From contig CAWGFC010000005.1 in NCBI GenBank assembly GCA_963821785.1, positions 27,065-91,064 of the forward strand: a stretch of 64,000 nucleotides of DNA, in the 5' to 3' direction. Each line of letters begins with the position of its first letter. Position 1 is the stretch's first letter. Under the pieces are notes generated by a model. That model searched no databases. It had not been told where the DNA came from and saw nothing but the letters and a program-made list of their open reading frames with translations. This DNA comes from an uncultured Alphaproteobacteria bacterium. GTDB lineage: Bacteria; Pseudomonadota; Alphaproteobacteria; Rhizobiales; Xanthobacteraceae. This document shows positions 63,678-64,000 of the stretch, one piece after another. The translations under genes and the position numbers were made by a program.

Positions 63678-64000
63678 TCAATCGATATCGATAAACGTCA
63701 GCGGCCTCGCCACCATTTCCAGGGGCTTGCGCTCGGCGGCGACGCCCCAGCGCCAGGCCACCAGCCCGCCGATGATCATTAGCGCGGCGCCGAGCAGATA
63801 GCCGCCGAATACGCTGACGCGGGAGCCGGTGTCGATCAAGATGCCGAATAGCCAGGGACCAACAATGCCGCCGACGCCGGTGCCGACCGCGTAGAAGAAG
63901 GCAATGGCAAGCGCGCGGATTTCCAGCGGAAAGGTTTCGCTCACCGTGAGATAGGCTGAGCTCGCCGCAGCGGAGGCGAAAAAGAAGGTCGTCATCCAGC
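63678..64000 (-). CDS. MFS transporter, 3' end (runs off the right edge)
   Basis: SSAYLTVSETFPLEIRA...GPWLFG MFS C-terminal motif. Confidence 0.85.
   Translation of the reverse strand, partial: WMTTFFFASAAASSAYLTVSETFPLEIRALAIAFFYAVGTGVGGIVGPWLFGILIDTGSRVSVFGGYLLGAALMIIGGLVAWRWGVAAERKPLEMVARPLTFIDID

Overview
A chromosomal segment of a GC-rich alphaproteobacterium. Rhizobiales/Hyphomicrobiales is inferred from a CtrA box at rpoD, a tRNA-His lacking G-1, lrp/trxB-lsrB synteny and tandem phasins. Left part: housekeeping genes (rpoD 5' end, dnaG, yqeY, carA, carB, greA, lrp, trxB, lsrB/vtlR, an L,D-transpeptidase). Middle (about 20.3-33.7 kb): a surface-polysaccharide island, visibly more AT-rich in its core, with a CDP-sugar pathway including a C-methyltransferase, a flippase, glycosyltransferases and asnB. 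It is partly decayed, with two frameshifted methyltransferases and a GT4/epimerase deletion chimera. Right part: beta-oxidation genes, tRNA-His, two phasins, a PdhS-like kinase, AsmA, an IS1595 relic, glpD/glpK interleaved with two Cle-like response regulators, a malonate-type TRAP plus malonyl-CoA decarboxylase module without matB, and a TetR-linked catabolic cluster. The most notable signals absent from the ORF-level picture are an AbcR-like sRNA with its LsrB box, a protamine-like 45-aa ORF with its own terminator, and a terminator/antiterminator pair in the carB leader. No CRISPR array, prophage or intact transposase was seen. All calls come from reading the sequence and recalled family motifs; no database search was run.
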